Shown: piece by piece, positions 26,631 to 39,763 of the stretch | Layout of the letters: each line of letters begins with the position of its first letter | Position numbering within the stretch: the first letter of the stretch is position 1 | Source of the DNA: Octopus vulgaris | Lineage: Eukaryota | Direction: 5' to 3' | DNA: 64,000 bases | Assembly: GCA_951406725.2 (NCBI GenBank) | Contig: OX597816.1 | Span: 42,718,001-42,782,000, forward strand | Notes under the pieces: generated by a model | What the model saw: the letters and a program-made list of their open reading frames with translations, nothing else | What the model was told of the DNA's origin: nothing | Database searches by the model: none | Position numbers and translations under genes: made by a program

Positions 26631-27397
26631 CGTGTCAACGAGAGACATTTAACATTCAACAACAGCATTAGTATACATCAAATTATAACACTATAAGTTG
26701 TAACTAATGGAAACTCAATAGAATATCCATCTGATTCGTGAGCTTCGATTGAATATGTCTGTTAGAGTTACTAGTGATTTATATCGGTGTGAAACTCAAT
26801 AAAATATGCTTCGTGATCATAGATTTATTACGACTGTTAGATTGGCTGTGTCTGTGAGAGAACGTGTTAACCGTTCAGAATTTAAACCGGTTTTATTCAA
26901 GCCCAACTGCTGCACCTATTTTTTTTTCAATCTGGTTTTCTGTAACCACCCCATAATGTTATTCTAACAGATTGAAAATTTATTTTCCAATGATTTGAAA
27001 TCACAAAATTACGTTACAGTGCATAATTGATTGAAAACAATGTGAACAAATAAACATTACATTGGACAGGTTAATGTGACTTTCAATGAGTTAATGCCTT
27101 CCTGTCTTGAAGGATTATTGCTATATATGGCCAGTTACAAGGTTCATTAAGCCGGAAATAATCCGAAATGCCATAGCTAATATTCTACTGAAAGTTGAAT
27201 AATTTCTACTGATGATCGTTGGGTCAACTGCCTGTTGTTATCTGTAATCATCTTCAGAACATTGGAGAGAAGCGATGTGAAATGTAGTTTAGGCCCACAG
27301 ACAAAAAAAGAAGCTTGGTCTCGAAAATGGAACCACAGCATTTAATTGTCGGTCTAACGCCCTAACCACTATGTAGTGCGCCTACCTTGTACACATA

Positions 27398-27951
27398 CTT
27401 TTCTACTCTAGGCACAAGGCACGAAATTTTGGGTGATGGGCCATTCAATTAGTTCGATCCCAGTACGCAACTGATATTTAATTTATCGACTACGAAATGA
27501 TGAAAGGCAAAGTCGACCTCGGCGGATTTTGAACTCAGAGCCGTAAAGACAGACGGAATACCTCTTTCGTTATTACCCACAAGGGGCTAAACATATAGGG
27601 GACAAACAAGGACAGACAAACGGATTAAGTCGATTACATCGACACCAGTGCATAACTGGTACTTAATTTATCGACCCCGAAAGGATGAAAGACAAAGTCG
27701 ACCTCGGCGGAATTTGGACACAGAATGTAACGGCAGACGAAATACCTATTTCTTTACTACCCACAAGGGGCTAAACAGAGAAGGGACGAACAAGGACAGA
27801 CAAATGGATTAAATCGATTATATGTGCGTAACTGGTACTTATTTAATCAAACCCGAAAGGATGAAAGGCAAAGTTGACCTCGGCGGAATTTGAACTCAGA
27901 ACGTAAGCATTTCGCCCGGCGTGCTAACGATTCTACCAGCCTACCGCCTTC
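27398..27951 (-). mobile_element. Family-A SINE trimer (one head, three bodies)
   Basis: Three AAAGTYGACCTCGGCGGA bodies are joined by the CCCACAAGGGGCTAAAC linker, with a single head at ~27950. Confidence 0.88.
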
Positions 27952-28970
27952 CTACCTTGTACATATAGCAAGATGATCAACAACACACTGTCATTAATAT
28001 CATTACCCGAACAGTAGAAAATGGTTGAACCAATTGTATTTCACTTCCTCAAATAAAATTGCATCTAAATACTTCATATAAGCCAAACCATTCCTAGATT
28101 TCTCTGTTTACTTTTTTGTTGTACATAGATGCTCCAACTGCTGCAAGTAAGCTATGTGAAAATAATTCGAAGAAAGCAATGTAAGTGTTTTATACTCGAT
28201 GTTTATGGCTACCCATAAAAGTACGAAAATACGAATCAATTATTATTCGTGTGAGTTTAACCAGGAGATCGCAAAAATGCATATTACAATTCACTGTTTT
28301 ACATTGAGAATCCATATTATTATTAATAGGAAGCGGGTAACAAAATTTCATTATTTCCAAGAGCATTTAATTTGCATCATCCTTCTATAACAATATTTCA
28401 TCGTTTTGCGATGCAATAATAGAATTGTTGATTTAATTTGCTGAATATTTTTTAAAAAAGGTTATGTTAGACTATTGTTTTCATAACTCAAGTCCTCCAA
28501 CTGATCGTAAGTCCCATAATCTTATAAAGAAAACGTTGTAAGCGACTACTAGCTTTCCGTTTAAAAATTATAATAAAGGTTAACAAAAGAAAAAAAAAAC
28601 TACAGAAAAATATAGATCTACACTACAAGTTTTTAAATTAATAAATATATAGCCACAATAATGTGTATCAAATATATGATAAAAAAATATCAGCATCGAT
28701 ACACATATATGAAATAGTGTAACTTAATGCCGAAGGAAGGGAAGTCTAATGGTTAGATCAAACAACTAGAAATAGCGTCTGAAATATACTTCATATACAA
28801 TTTGCAGTTCTTTGAAAAATGATCAGCTTAATAGACGAAATATTTAGTCCTATATATCTAAATAGATTTGAACACCATAGGACGACTGGAGGACTTGAAT
28901 CGTAAGTAACTATTACATCAGAGTAGAGATGAGGTCAACATCAACAAAGACACAAAACAAAAAGAAGAAA

Positions 28971-29035
28971 ATGACCAACATGAAAGATTTGTATATAAAT
29001 ATATATGACCAACATGAAAGATTTGTATATAAATA

Positions 29036-29038
<3 letters not shown>
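28971..29038. repeat. 34-bp perfect tandem duplication
   Basis: ATGACCAACATGAAAGATTTGTATATAAATATAT occurs twice in tandem. Confidence 0.9.
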
Positions 29039-29067
<29 letters not shown>

Positions 29068-29229
29068 CGGACCTAGCAATAATAATTCTCTAAATGAGAT
29101 ATCGAAAATCGTTCGACTAAATGAGATATAGACAGTGACTGCTCCGTAATATAAGGGATATTAGCCAACCGAATATGGCTAGGGACAGGGCAGGGTGGTG
29201 GGGGTGTCACTGTTGCATTTAGCCCCGAG

Positions 29230-29276
<47 letters not shown>

Positions 29277-29479
29277 TGTATGTATGTATGTATGTACATA
29301 GTGAAGTAGATTTTCAACTCTGATGTGAATGAACGTAAGTAAGGGCGGGGAGTGTAGCTTGGGAAAATGTCGCCGAGGGTAAGCACGAATATTACGCCCC
29401 CTTTTGCAACCCCTCCTCCAATAAAATAATTGCAGCCTGGATGGTGCTTAATTTGTAAAGATATTTTCGTCGCCTTCAT

Positions 29480-29713
29480 ACCTATTTCTTTATTACCCAC
29501 AAGGGGCTAAACACAGAGGGGACAAACAAGGAGAGACATAGGTATTAAGTCGATTACATCGACCCCAGTGCGTAACTGGTACTTAATTTATCGACCCCGA
29601 AAGGATGAAAGGCAAAGTCGACCTCGGCGGAATTTGAACTCACAACGTAACGCAGACGAAATACCGCTAAGCATTTCGCCCGGCGTGCTAACGTTTCTGC
29701 CAGCTCGCCGCCT
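29480..29713 (-). mobile_element. Full-length family-A SINE
   Basis: Close reverse complement of 24170-24400. Confidence 0.92.
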
Positions 29714-29714
29714 T

Positions 29715-29887
29715 CATACCGTGACCTGATCACTGACAACATTTCGATGCAGCAAGACATTTTTTCAGTGGACAGGTCACGGTTTCAAAGCGAGGAGAAT
29801 ATTTTGACAAATTAAACTTAAATGTTGAAGTGAATCTAACGGTTTTAGTGTGTTTTTAAATGGCTTATAAATACATTCCCCGCTGCA

Positions 29888-29892
<5 letters not shown>
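29715..29892. repeat. Dispersed repeat, copy 2 (see 22540)
   Basis: Collinear with 22540-22690. Confidence 0.75.
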
Positions 29893-29958
<66 letters not shown>

Positions 29959-30596
29959 GTAGGTAATATAATTCCAAAACTTACAGGGAAAACACAATTT
30001 AACTATTTTAATCAAATTTCATAATATATAATATATGTATATAATTTAGTGAAAAACCTGTATTACACTTCAATAATGAAATATGTTATTCATACCATAT
30101 AAAGCATATACTATAAAAACATTATTCTTAAAATCAATAAAGCACAATAAATAGTAAATAGTAGTAAAAAGAGTACGCGCGTTTCGTGGGTATATTTTTG
30201 AAATAGACTATAATATTAAAATCAGTTCAATCTAAAATCAAAAATTTATTCTATTTAAATATATAGTCACACATGAGGTCTAAAATAATAAATGCTAAAA
30301 CTAATAGCAGAATAAATATACTTATCTCAATTTATACTAATTATCAAATATTTTTTTTTCTTTCAGCTCAAAGTCGCAGCCATGCTGATGCACCGCCGAA
30401 AAATACGTGTATTAACTATCCATAATATCCAAGAAACAGCTGTAAGACTACATCTATATAATTTTCCTTATAAATGTCCTGAATACTACTCACAGACTTG
30501 GCCTTTGTTATCTCATTTTGTCTAATATGGGTGTGCGGGTGTTTGTATGTATATTTGTGCGTGTATTTGCGTATATGTATATGTGTATGTATAGTG

Positions 30597-30918
30597 AAGG
30601 CGCATGGCTCAGTGGTTAGAGCTTCGAGCTTACGATCGTGAGGTTGTGAGCTGGAATCCAGGACGGAGCTGCGTGTTGTGTTCTTTATTTCATGTTTCTT
30701 CAGTTCACTCAGATGTAGAAATGAGTTGCGACGTCACTGGTGCCAAGCTGTATCGGATTTTGCCTTTCCCTTGGATAACACTGGTTGCATGGAGAGGGGA
30801 GGCGGGTATGCATGGGCGACTGCTGGTCTTCCATAAACAACCTTGTCCGGACTTGCGCCTGGGAGGGTAACTTTCTAGGTGCAATCCCATGGTCAGTGTC
30901 GTGACCGAAGGGGGTCTC
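30597..30918 (+). mobile_element. tRNA-derived SINE (family C)
   Basis: A box TGGCTCAGTGGTTAGAGC, degenerate B box and CAGTTCACTCAG..GTAGAAATGAGT central motif. Confidence 0.75.
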
Positions 30919-31007
30919 AGAACATGTGTATGAGAGTTGCATATATGATTTGCGTGTGTGTACCATGGTAGTAATTACTCTTCTTTCCGACAGTTAAGGA
31001 GTACATA

Positions 31008-31822
31008 CAAGGGCTGATTGATAATTTTCCGGACAGTTGTGATTGTAATGAGGCCAAAATACGCAGAGTAAATCTGGTTGGCACAGATTAACCTTGAGCT
31101 CTTCTGTGCAGGCCCACTAAGTTTTAAAATTCTAGTTCACTTACGCTGTTTACAGCAGAGCTTCGAAGGAACGTCTATAGCGTGTGATTATCGCATTGAT
31201 AGTGAAAGATGAGCAGGGAATCTGCATCAAATTTTGCTAAAAGCTTGGTGATACCTACCCCTGAGGCTTACGCAATGTTTTCAACTTTTTTTCATCGTTC
31301 TTTCATCGTTTCTTTTGCAACTGAAACCCCGAGTGTCTTTTTGGTCAGCTGAAAGTTTTGCCACAAACTTGGCCGACACACGTTTCATGTCCATATCTTC
31401 AGTGATAATGGACTGAACTGAACCGTAACTAATCTGCACATCCTCTGAAAACTCACTATTTCCTCTTCCCGCTGTACGCACATCTGTCTCAGTTCTGCTG
31501 GTTGCGTACTTCCCAAAACGTTCCTCAATATCGACACAGTTTTCATCCATCTTGGAAATGTCTGAACCACTTATACACTTGTGCGTAGGCCTCTGAGCAG
31601 GTATCGCCGTGACAACTTTCTCTGTCATGATCAATGCAATGATCACACGCTACACACGGCCCTTCCAAGCAGTGCTGCAAACAACGGAAGTGAGCTAGAA
31701 CGTTAAACCTTAGTGCGCATGCAGAACAGAGGTCACGGTCAATCTGTACCAAGCGACTTTACGCTTCGTACTTTAGCTTTGTTACTATGACACCAATCCG
31801 GATACTTATTGATCAGTCCTCG
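31008..31822. mobile_element. Rearranged mariner made of two opposed 5' ends
   Basis: TIRs CAAGGGCTGATTGATAATTTTCCGGA / TCCGGATACTTATTGATCAGTCCTCG. 31008-31285 (+) and 31570-31822 (-) are homologous 5'UTR/N-terminal segments. The minus part carries ISYGSVQSIITEDMDMKRVSAKFV. Confidence 0.8.
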
Positions 31823-32369
31823 TATACATACATACGGCCAACATATGATCGAAACATCTTAAGTACTGGATTTGATATTAATTGAGTTGATCTTATTATG
31901 GCAAGTATCGGAGGTTGAATAGGTTATTTGTTCTTTATATTTTTATTTCGCTTATTCCTTTGTATTGTAAGTTCTACATTCACAATATCATTTCGGGAAC
32001 AAGCTCTTTATTGTATATCTTCTGTTTTTTCTAACTATAAGGTAATATTTATTATTTATGTAAATGCTGCTAATTCTAGTGCCAAGTAAGTGTTGGTGTA
32101 ATTGACAAACGTTGCTAATGTTTCACTCCCGCTGCTCATTATTGATTCACAGGCAGTGTATATGTTTCTTAAGGCTGTTAATCCACCTAGATTTCATTCT
32201 ACCGCCCGAGTGACAAAATTATAGTGATAGCTATTTGGTAACCGATTATGGACTACGTAGCTGTTATGGTTGTTTTGTGGATTTTTATATCTTAGTTTCG
32301 TTATTCTAAGTTGTCTTTCATTCATTAAAATGTTTGTGAAGATTGATATTGGTTGCTTTATTTTTTTTG

Positions 32370-32812
32370 TTTTTTACTTGTTTCAGTCATTTGACTGTGG
32401 CCACGCTGGAGCACAGCTTTTAGTCGAGCAAATCGACCCCAGGACTTATTCTTTGTAAGCCTAGCACTAATTCTATCGGTCTCTTTGGCCGAACCGCTCT
32501 GTTACGAGGACGTAAACACACCAGCATCGGTTGTCAAGCGATGTTGGGGGGAAACAAACACAGACACACAAACATATATATACACACATACATACATATA
32601 TATACATACATATAGATATATAGATATATATATATATATATACATATATACGACGGGCTTCTTTCAGTTTCCATCTACCAAATCCACTCACAAGGCTTTG
32701 GTCGGCTCGAGGCTATAGTAGAAGACACTTGCCCAAGGTGTCAGGCAGTGGGACTGAACCTGGAACAATGTGGTTCGTAAGCAAGCTACTTACCACATAG
32801 CTACTCCCAACC
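32370..32812 (-). mobile_element. Full-length family-B SINE
   Basis: Collinear with 23697-24157. Confidence 0.92.
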
Positions 32813-33024
32813 GTATTAAGCTTAGGTATCGCTTACATATTGGTGCCTAATTTGGACATGTTCTGTGGCATACATACATGGACGGAGAGATGGATAGATA
32901 AACAGATATATGGATATGTGTGTATGTGTGTATGTATGTATGTATGTACGTATGTATGTATGTATGTATGTATGTATGTATGTATGTATGTATGTATGTA
33001 TGTATGTATGTATACACACACACA

Positions 33025-33182
33025 ACTACAGCCGGCTATTACCGGTAAAGGTTTTAGTTGCCAATTCTGTACAAGACATTGTAGATCTTTAGCCGGGCTA
33101 AAAAGTCACATTCGATCACAGCACAAGTAACAGTTAAGCTTCGTGCAATGGCCATACTCGATAACGAGGGGGTAGCCATAAT
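33025..33182 (+). mobile_element. 3' end of an RTE/BovB-type LINE (C-terminal C2H2 finger plus tail)
   Basis: FSCQFCTRHCRSLAGLKSHIRSQHK* is followed by a short UTR with a CTCG-ATAA-CGAG stem-loop, embedded in microsatellite. Confidence 0.65.
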
Positions 33183-33208
33183 ACACACACACACATACAC
33201 ACATACAC

Positions 33209-33247
<39 letters not shown>

Positions 33248-36194
33248 TGTATGTTGTTCCAGCTAAATCTTCTTATTACTATGACCCCTATCCCCAGGAA
33301 CAGCTCAATGTATCAGTGAGCATTGGAAGAGCATAACAACATCAGTAATAGTTGAGAAAAAGATTAGCTGCTACATACGACTAGACACCATCTAAAAATT
33401 AGAAAACACTTACCTGTATCATGACAATTCACGCCGGGTATCTAAATACCGATGTCATGACTGCTGCTCAATGGAATTAAAGAAAGAAGTGAAATATATG
33501 GCAGTGAAGGCAAAACTATATAAAGAAATTTTATTCGCTACTTTTCTTTCGTCTATTTTGTTCTTTGCTGATCGTGATCAGCATCATTTCTATGAGACAT
33601 ATGCTGTCATATATTGTTTGCCCTTATTTGGTCGTATATTTTCATACGTTGTTTTATATTTCGTTACTAGTTAATGCCACATAATGTCAATTTGAAATTT
33701 TGCTGTGAAAGATTATAAGATATAAATATGTCAAATATTAAAGCTTAAAGTGGGAGTAAAAGAAAATATTTCTCTTACGTTCGGAATAGGTATACTAATA
33801 TTATATATATGATTGTTCAACATCACTTTGTTCTTAGTCAAAAGGCTTTACAGCATAACTTTGATCCTAAACATAACTTAGATCAAAGTAACGAAAAATT
33901 GACTATAATTACAGAAGACAAAATCTGATGTAAGACAAAGACAACAAGAAGGAAAAATAGTGAAAATTAGAACACTTTGAACACAATGTTTGTATGAGAA
34001 TTAGAACCATTGTTGAGCAGCATATACTTAGTAAAACACTAGAGTAGAAATACAAAAGATAATACTTACCAATTAATACGAAATAAGTTCATACATCTGC
34101 ATATAGTAAAAATCCATACTGACTTTCAACCACATGAAAGCAATATATCCATATAGCGATTACGAACGATTTTCTTGTTTATATCACCATTAATAGCTTC
34201 TTGTTTTATAGCTGTTGTACAGAATAACACACATTATATAAAACACCTTGGCGTTCCAGTGAAGGCGCCAGTTCTTTCCTGTTTAACAGACTGAAGATTA
34301 CTAAAGTTAAATACGTTTAAAGATTCCACCACCTGAAGTATTTAACGGTATTCAATCACGCGAACAAAACATTATGATTTGATATGTTGATAACGTTAGC
34401 CAAGTATTGCAAATCCGCTCTCTAGACTATGATTTTAACAATCTGCAGTATTTTTTGAATTACACAAGGGAAGTGTTTAATATAATCTATCAATTTATAA
34501 AAGAAGCTCATTCCAAACACTCAGGAGTTTCAGAATATATTACTCGTAATTGCAGTTATGGAAATTGTTTGCATAAAACAGAAAATACATATTTTGTGAT
34601 TCTTTCGGCATTCTAATGCAATTTCAGTTTATTTTCCTTCCTTTCGCTTAATAATACAATCTGAATTGGTTGGGTTATCCACATGTCAGATAATTCATCG
34701 ACTCCAATGTTCTTTTCAAATAACGAAAACGGCATTTCAATAAATATTTACGCAAATCATGGAAGATATTCAGTCTTTTTTAATTTACCAAGCTGAAGAG
34801 AATGCATATGGTTAGTACAGAAATTATGTAACAAAGAATTTAGTAGAGTTTTACAATTTGTATTTCTTACATACTAAACATTTTAAATTTAAGAATAAAT
34901 AATTGGTTAATGTTGCATAATTATTCTACCAGTGAGCAAGTTATCAATTCTTCTCGAAATCTAGTAACCTACTGCTAGTGCATTTGTTATTCACATTGTC
35001 ACGAAATGAACATCAGTTTACATTCCCTAATGGAACCTCGCGAATCCATAGCTAAGACCTAATCTCTTGCTCTTTAAAAGTCAGCACATTCTATAGAGTT
35101 ATATATAGACATTGCAGCATAAACTTTTGCAGTATAATTCAACTTGATACAGTTATTTAGAATTTCATTTTGCAGCTACATATTTCCGAGCTTGTTCACA
35201 GCGCACATCAAACTGGATCCGTTTTCACTTTCTTGGCTTCGAGTCTTGCGATAGAAATTCGGTGGTGGACAGAAAGTCTGTAGTACCTCTACATGTACCA
35301 CATCTGGTCTTAGCTTTTCTTTATTCAGACCATGACTCAGTTAAAGTCAAGCATCTGGTTCTTCAGTGTTTTTAGCATCGAGAACAAAGTTGCAAGAATT
35401 CAAAATAGATGTCCGGTCCGGAAAAAAAGTTTTTGCCATCTGCTCGACAGTCTGAAGGTCTTGAAAATGATAATGAGCCGCTACTTTCCCTATCCGATGA
35501 AAACATTTTGAAAAAATAATGAATGTTTTCTTAAAGTGGACATAATCAATGCAAATCACCACATGAAAGTTTACATTATGAGGAATGGAAGATTAGCTTT
35601 AATATCATGAATCGTTAAAAAGAACACGCCAAGAAAAAATACAAAAGGTTTTATTTTCATGTCAGATCGATGACTGGCGAGTTTTGTAATTGCTAAAAGG
35701 ATCTCAATCGAGGTAGTGATGTAATTACGTCTTCCTGTTGCAGTATTTTTGAAAATATACAGGGAATCTATTATTTTTGTTTTGTAATATTCTACGAGTG
35801 GTAGTTATACCAAAGTTACAAAGCGCCTTCGTGGCGGAAAGTAAGTAGTGACAAATATTTTTCATTGATAGCTCTCTATGCTTACACTGTTGTCAGCCAT
35901 GGTAAGAATCGAGATATGGATAGCAGTAAATGTTTGTTCAATATTTAATTGTAGAAGAAAAAAATCGTTTCTGTTAAAGACACGCACTCGTATATTCAAG
36001 AAATGCAAATTGATACAATGTTAACAATAGCGAGTTATGGGCAAAACTATGATATAATGATGACAACGATGACGACGACGACGACGACAACGATTATGAT
36101 TTGATCTCTACACTCCAACATATTATGGTCAAAACAGCCAGTCAGATATGGAGTGTTTCCATCTAATGAAGAAAATAAACATTATACATATATA

Positions 36195-36610
36195 CTCTTT
36201 TACTTGGTTCAGTCATTTGGATGCGGCCATGCTGGAGCACCGCCTTTAGTCGAGCAAATCGAACCCAGAACTTATTCTCTGTAAGCCTAGTACTTATTCT
36301 ATCGGTTTCTTTTTGCCGAACCGATAAGTTACGGGGATGTAAACACACCAGCATCGGTTGTCAAGCGATGCTGGGGGGAACAAAGACAGACACACAAACC
36401 TATACACTCACATACATATATACATACATATATACGATGGGCTTCTTTCAGTTTTCGTCTACCAAATCCACTCACAAGGCTTTGGTCGGCCCGAGGCTAT
36501 AGTAGAAGACATTTGCTCAAGGTGCTACGCAGTTGGACTGAACCCGGAACCATGTGATTTGTAAGCAAGCCCTAGGCTTATACTTACGACACTGCCACTC
36601 CAACGCCTAT
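36195..36610 (-). mobile_element. Full-length family-B SINE
   Basis: Collinear with 23697-24157. Confidence 0.92.
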
Positions 36611-37199
36611 AGAACTAGCTATTTCTGACCTATACACAAAATGAAAGTATATGATCTCTGCTTCCAGTTTAGGCTACTATATTCTATTTATTTTAGTTGT
36701 AGAAAAATATCATCATAACCAAATACCATCAAAATGGTTGCCTCACCAAGTAACGACTGTTACTGTATGACACGTCAGAATGATGACTGATCGACTTTAA
36801 TGGCCTCCCGATCAACCTTAAAATACAAGGAACTGATGTCGCTTAAAGTACAATACTCCAGCATTTCATCAAAATTCCCCCTGAGTACTACCACTATTTC
36901 TGAATACAAGGACAAAAAATATAGAACATACAGAACATATTTTAGGGCCAAGCGACTGTTGTCACCTTGTAGTATTACAGCCATGCGACTTGAACTGACC
37001 AAAATAAGCCTAAAGACCTGAAAGTCACATTCAATTACTTTTCATAATCTATCCAGTCTCCTTGCCTTACAGCTAAAGAACTTTTAGTAAGTGGAAGCTA
37101 AATCAAGGAAATAAAACTGTTATTAAAAACATGTCATCAAATATGGTGAATGCTACATACATTTCTTGTGTGTGTTTGTGTGCCTGTGTATTCTTTTAT

Positions 37200-37405
37200 T
37201 CATTTATTTATTTCAGTCACATGGCCATGGCCATGCTGGAGCAACATCATAAGTGATGTTTTTTAGTCGAAAAAATCGACAACCAGGACTTCATCTCTGT
37301 AAACCTAGTACTTACTCTGTCGGTCACTTTTGCCGAACCGCTAGCTTAAGTGTACGTAAACAGTGTGCATAAACAAACTAGGTGGGGGAAACGCATAGAT
37401 TCAAA
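37200..37405 (-). mobile_element. 3' half of a family-B SINE
   Basis: GGCCATGCTGGAGCA...TTTGCCGAACCGCTA. Confidence 0.75.
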
Positions 37406-37489
37406 GACATACTCATACTGTTAATTTTATACTGTTGTGTGACCATAGCTAGGAACAGTAAACCGGGCGGCTGAGGACTTATGTCCTTC

Positions 37490-38990
37490 AGAGGAACATC
37501 ATGGTTCCTTTTCCCTGGTTCTGAACGTTCTTAGGATCTATCCAGCCAGTGGTCGACACTTCGTCGACATCCTGGTAATATGCACTTCGAAAGAGGTATC
37601 TTCACTAATGTCGATATCCAGGACCTTCACTGGACGCTACTAGCGCAGGGCTTGGAATTTTTCAGCATTAAACTGTATATTATTATCCTCAGGCTATCTG
37701 TAAATTGAGTCCAACCCTGCTGCAGATGTGCAACATCGCTCGAGTTCTGTATTTTCTGCAAGACTTTCGTATCATCTGCGAAGCTATCAAGGGTGGCTAT
37801 CCAGGCAGTTGAGGACATATCTGAGAGGGCACTAGCAAAAGCCGTAGTCCCAAACTAGTACCCTGCGGAACACCGCTCACTATTTGTGTTTTCAGTGTGG
37901 TGGCTACATTGGCCACTACTGCCTGACTTCTATCTGTCAGAATGTCATGTAATCCCTCTCCAAGTTTCCCGGCTCTCTCGCTAGTTATCAATGAGGCAAC
38001 AAAGAAATCCACTGGTTCGTTCACTTCTCTGTGTTCCAATGGGGTAGTAAAGACACTTTTGTCCACACTGCTCCTGGTTGGACTATCTGTGAGGGAGCCA
38101 TCCTTTTAGAAGAGGGGTCCTATTTTGCAGCGTACTGAGGCTGTTCGTTTTGCGTAATGAAAGAAGGCCTTTGCCTTTGATTTTATGTTTTTTTTTATAA
38201 CCTAGGCCTTTTTGTCTACTCTGTCCCTCACATGGGATTGTTGCAGGCTTTTTTCAATCTCCATGAGTGTTCTTTTCAAGCGGGAACTTTCGCCACTTTT
38301 AGAAAAAAAGGTTGAGGCGATTTGCAGCCTTCGTCCTTCGAATCGGGTTCCTTCTTGGGTTGACCGTGTGCTCAGGCACATATTTCTGGCATATGGTTTG
38401 TATAACACACATGAAACATTCTAGTTTCATGCAAATGTCTGGTGTGGAGTGATATTTCGGCCAGTCCCATCTGAGGATCTCTTTTCGGATCGATTTCCAG
38501 TCACCTTTGTGGAATTTCAGATTGAGAGATTTTGGGTGCTTCCTTTAGGCTGTATGTCTCTGGCTACTTTCGGCCCAAACATAGACAGCTCAATTATGAA
38601 CGATGTCTATATTGTTTGTGAAGAAGAGATCCAAAATGTTATTCGACCTAGTTGGTCTGGGTACAACTTGCTACATGAATAGGGCATTGGTGAGATTGAG
38701 CAGGGACTCCAACTGTGTTTCTTTCCAATGAGTCTTTCGTGAGAGTTTGAAGCCTACAGGCCATTTGATGTTGGGGAAGTTGAAATCGCCCATAAGAAAT
38801 ACACTCAAGTGGTGTTCCAGTTTCATGAGGATTTCTTTAATTCGTGTGAGGCAATCTTCAAATTTGCGTATATGGTTTGGAGTATCCGGTGCGTGATATG
38901 TATTGCATATGACTATAATGTTCATACACCACCAGTAACCATGTGTTACTATGTGTTGCCTAATCATGTGTTACCAAACAACCTCTCCTG
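37490..38990 (-). mobile_element. Degenerate, internally deleted CR1-like LINE (APE and RT remnants)
   Basis: APE motifs YHAPD...LMGDFNFPNIKW and RT motifs SGVPQGT.LG and FADDTK. Confidence 0.85.
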
Positions 38991-39345
38991 CAACCTTATA
39001 TATATTTATTTATAAATTTTGTCTAATCAATGACTTGCTAGTTTGAATTTTACCTGTAAATGCAATGGATTCTTGAGCATGTTTTGACTAGATATTAACG
39101 GAGTTTATAGATTCATACGTAGTTTTCCTTTCAGAAGGTGTTGCGAGGGAGAGAAAAAACGATGAACAGGGTAAGAGAATAAAGATGGAGGAAAGTTCCT
39201 CTGCCAAAAATGTAAAAGACGTGGAAATAATGAGGGGAAGGTGGAAAATGGAGCTCCTGTAGAATAATTTATCCAAAGTAAAATATATAATCGCTCTCTT
39301 GTATGGTATTGAGTACACTTTTTGCTGACAGCTAGCACAAAGTGG

Positions 39346-39520
<175 letters not shown>

Positions 39521-39763
39521 TGACGGGCTGTTTTTCTGTCTGTTTTTCTGTCTATCTGTCTCTCTCTGTATATATATATATATAGAGAGAGAGAGAAAGA
39601 GAGTAGAGCAAGTCGCAAAATAAATGTGGCAGGTGTATGTCACTACTAGTTTAACTCCAGGCAGATTTTCCGCCACCTGGTTTTCGATGCAATGATTCTT
39701 TATATACAATACATCGCCAGTAGGGGGAACGAACACCTACTAGACTCCATTAGCTAACTGGAT

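Noticed and set aside
27398-27951. CRISPR-like repeat-spacer array
   Set aside because: The repeats are SINE bodies with homologous linkers, not unique spacers. The context is eukaryotic and there are no cas genes.
33040-33130. C2H2 zinc finger as a host ZNF gene exon
   Set aside because: It is a single finger followed by a stop and an RTE-type tail, with no TGEKP linkers or splice acceptor. A LINE C-terminus explains it better.
36775-37021. Overlapping 73-75 aa ORFs on both strands
   Set aside because: They have no recognisable motifs and their length is compatible with chance.
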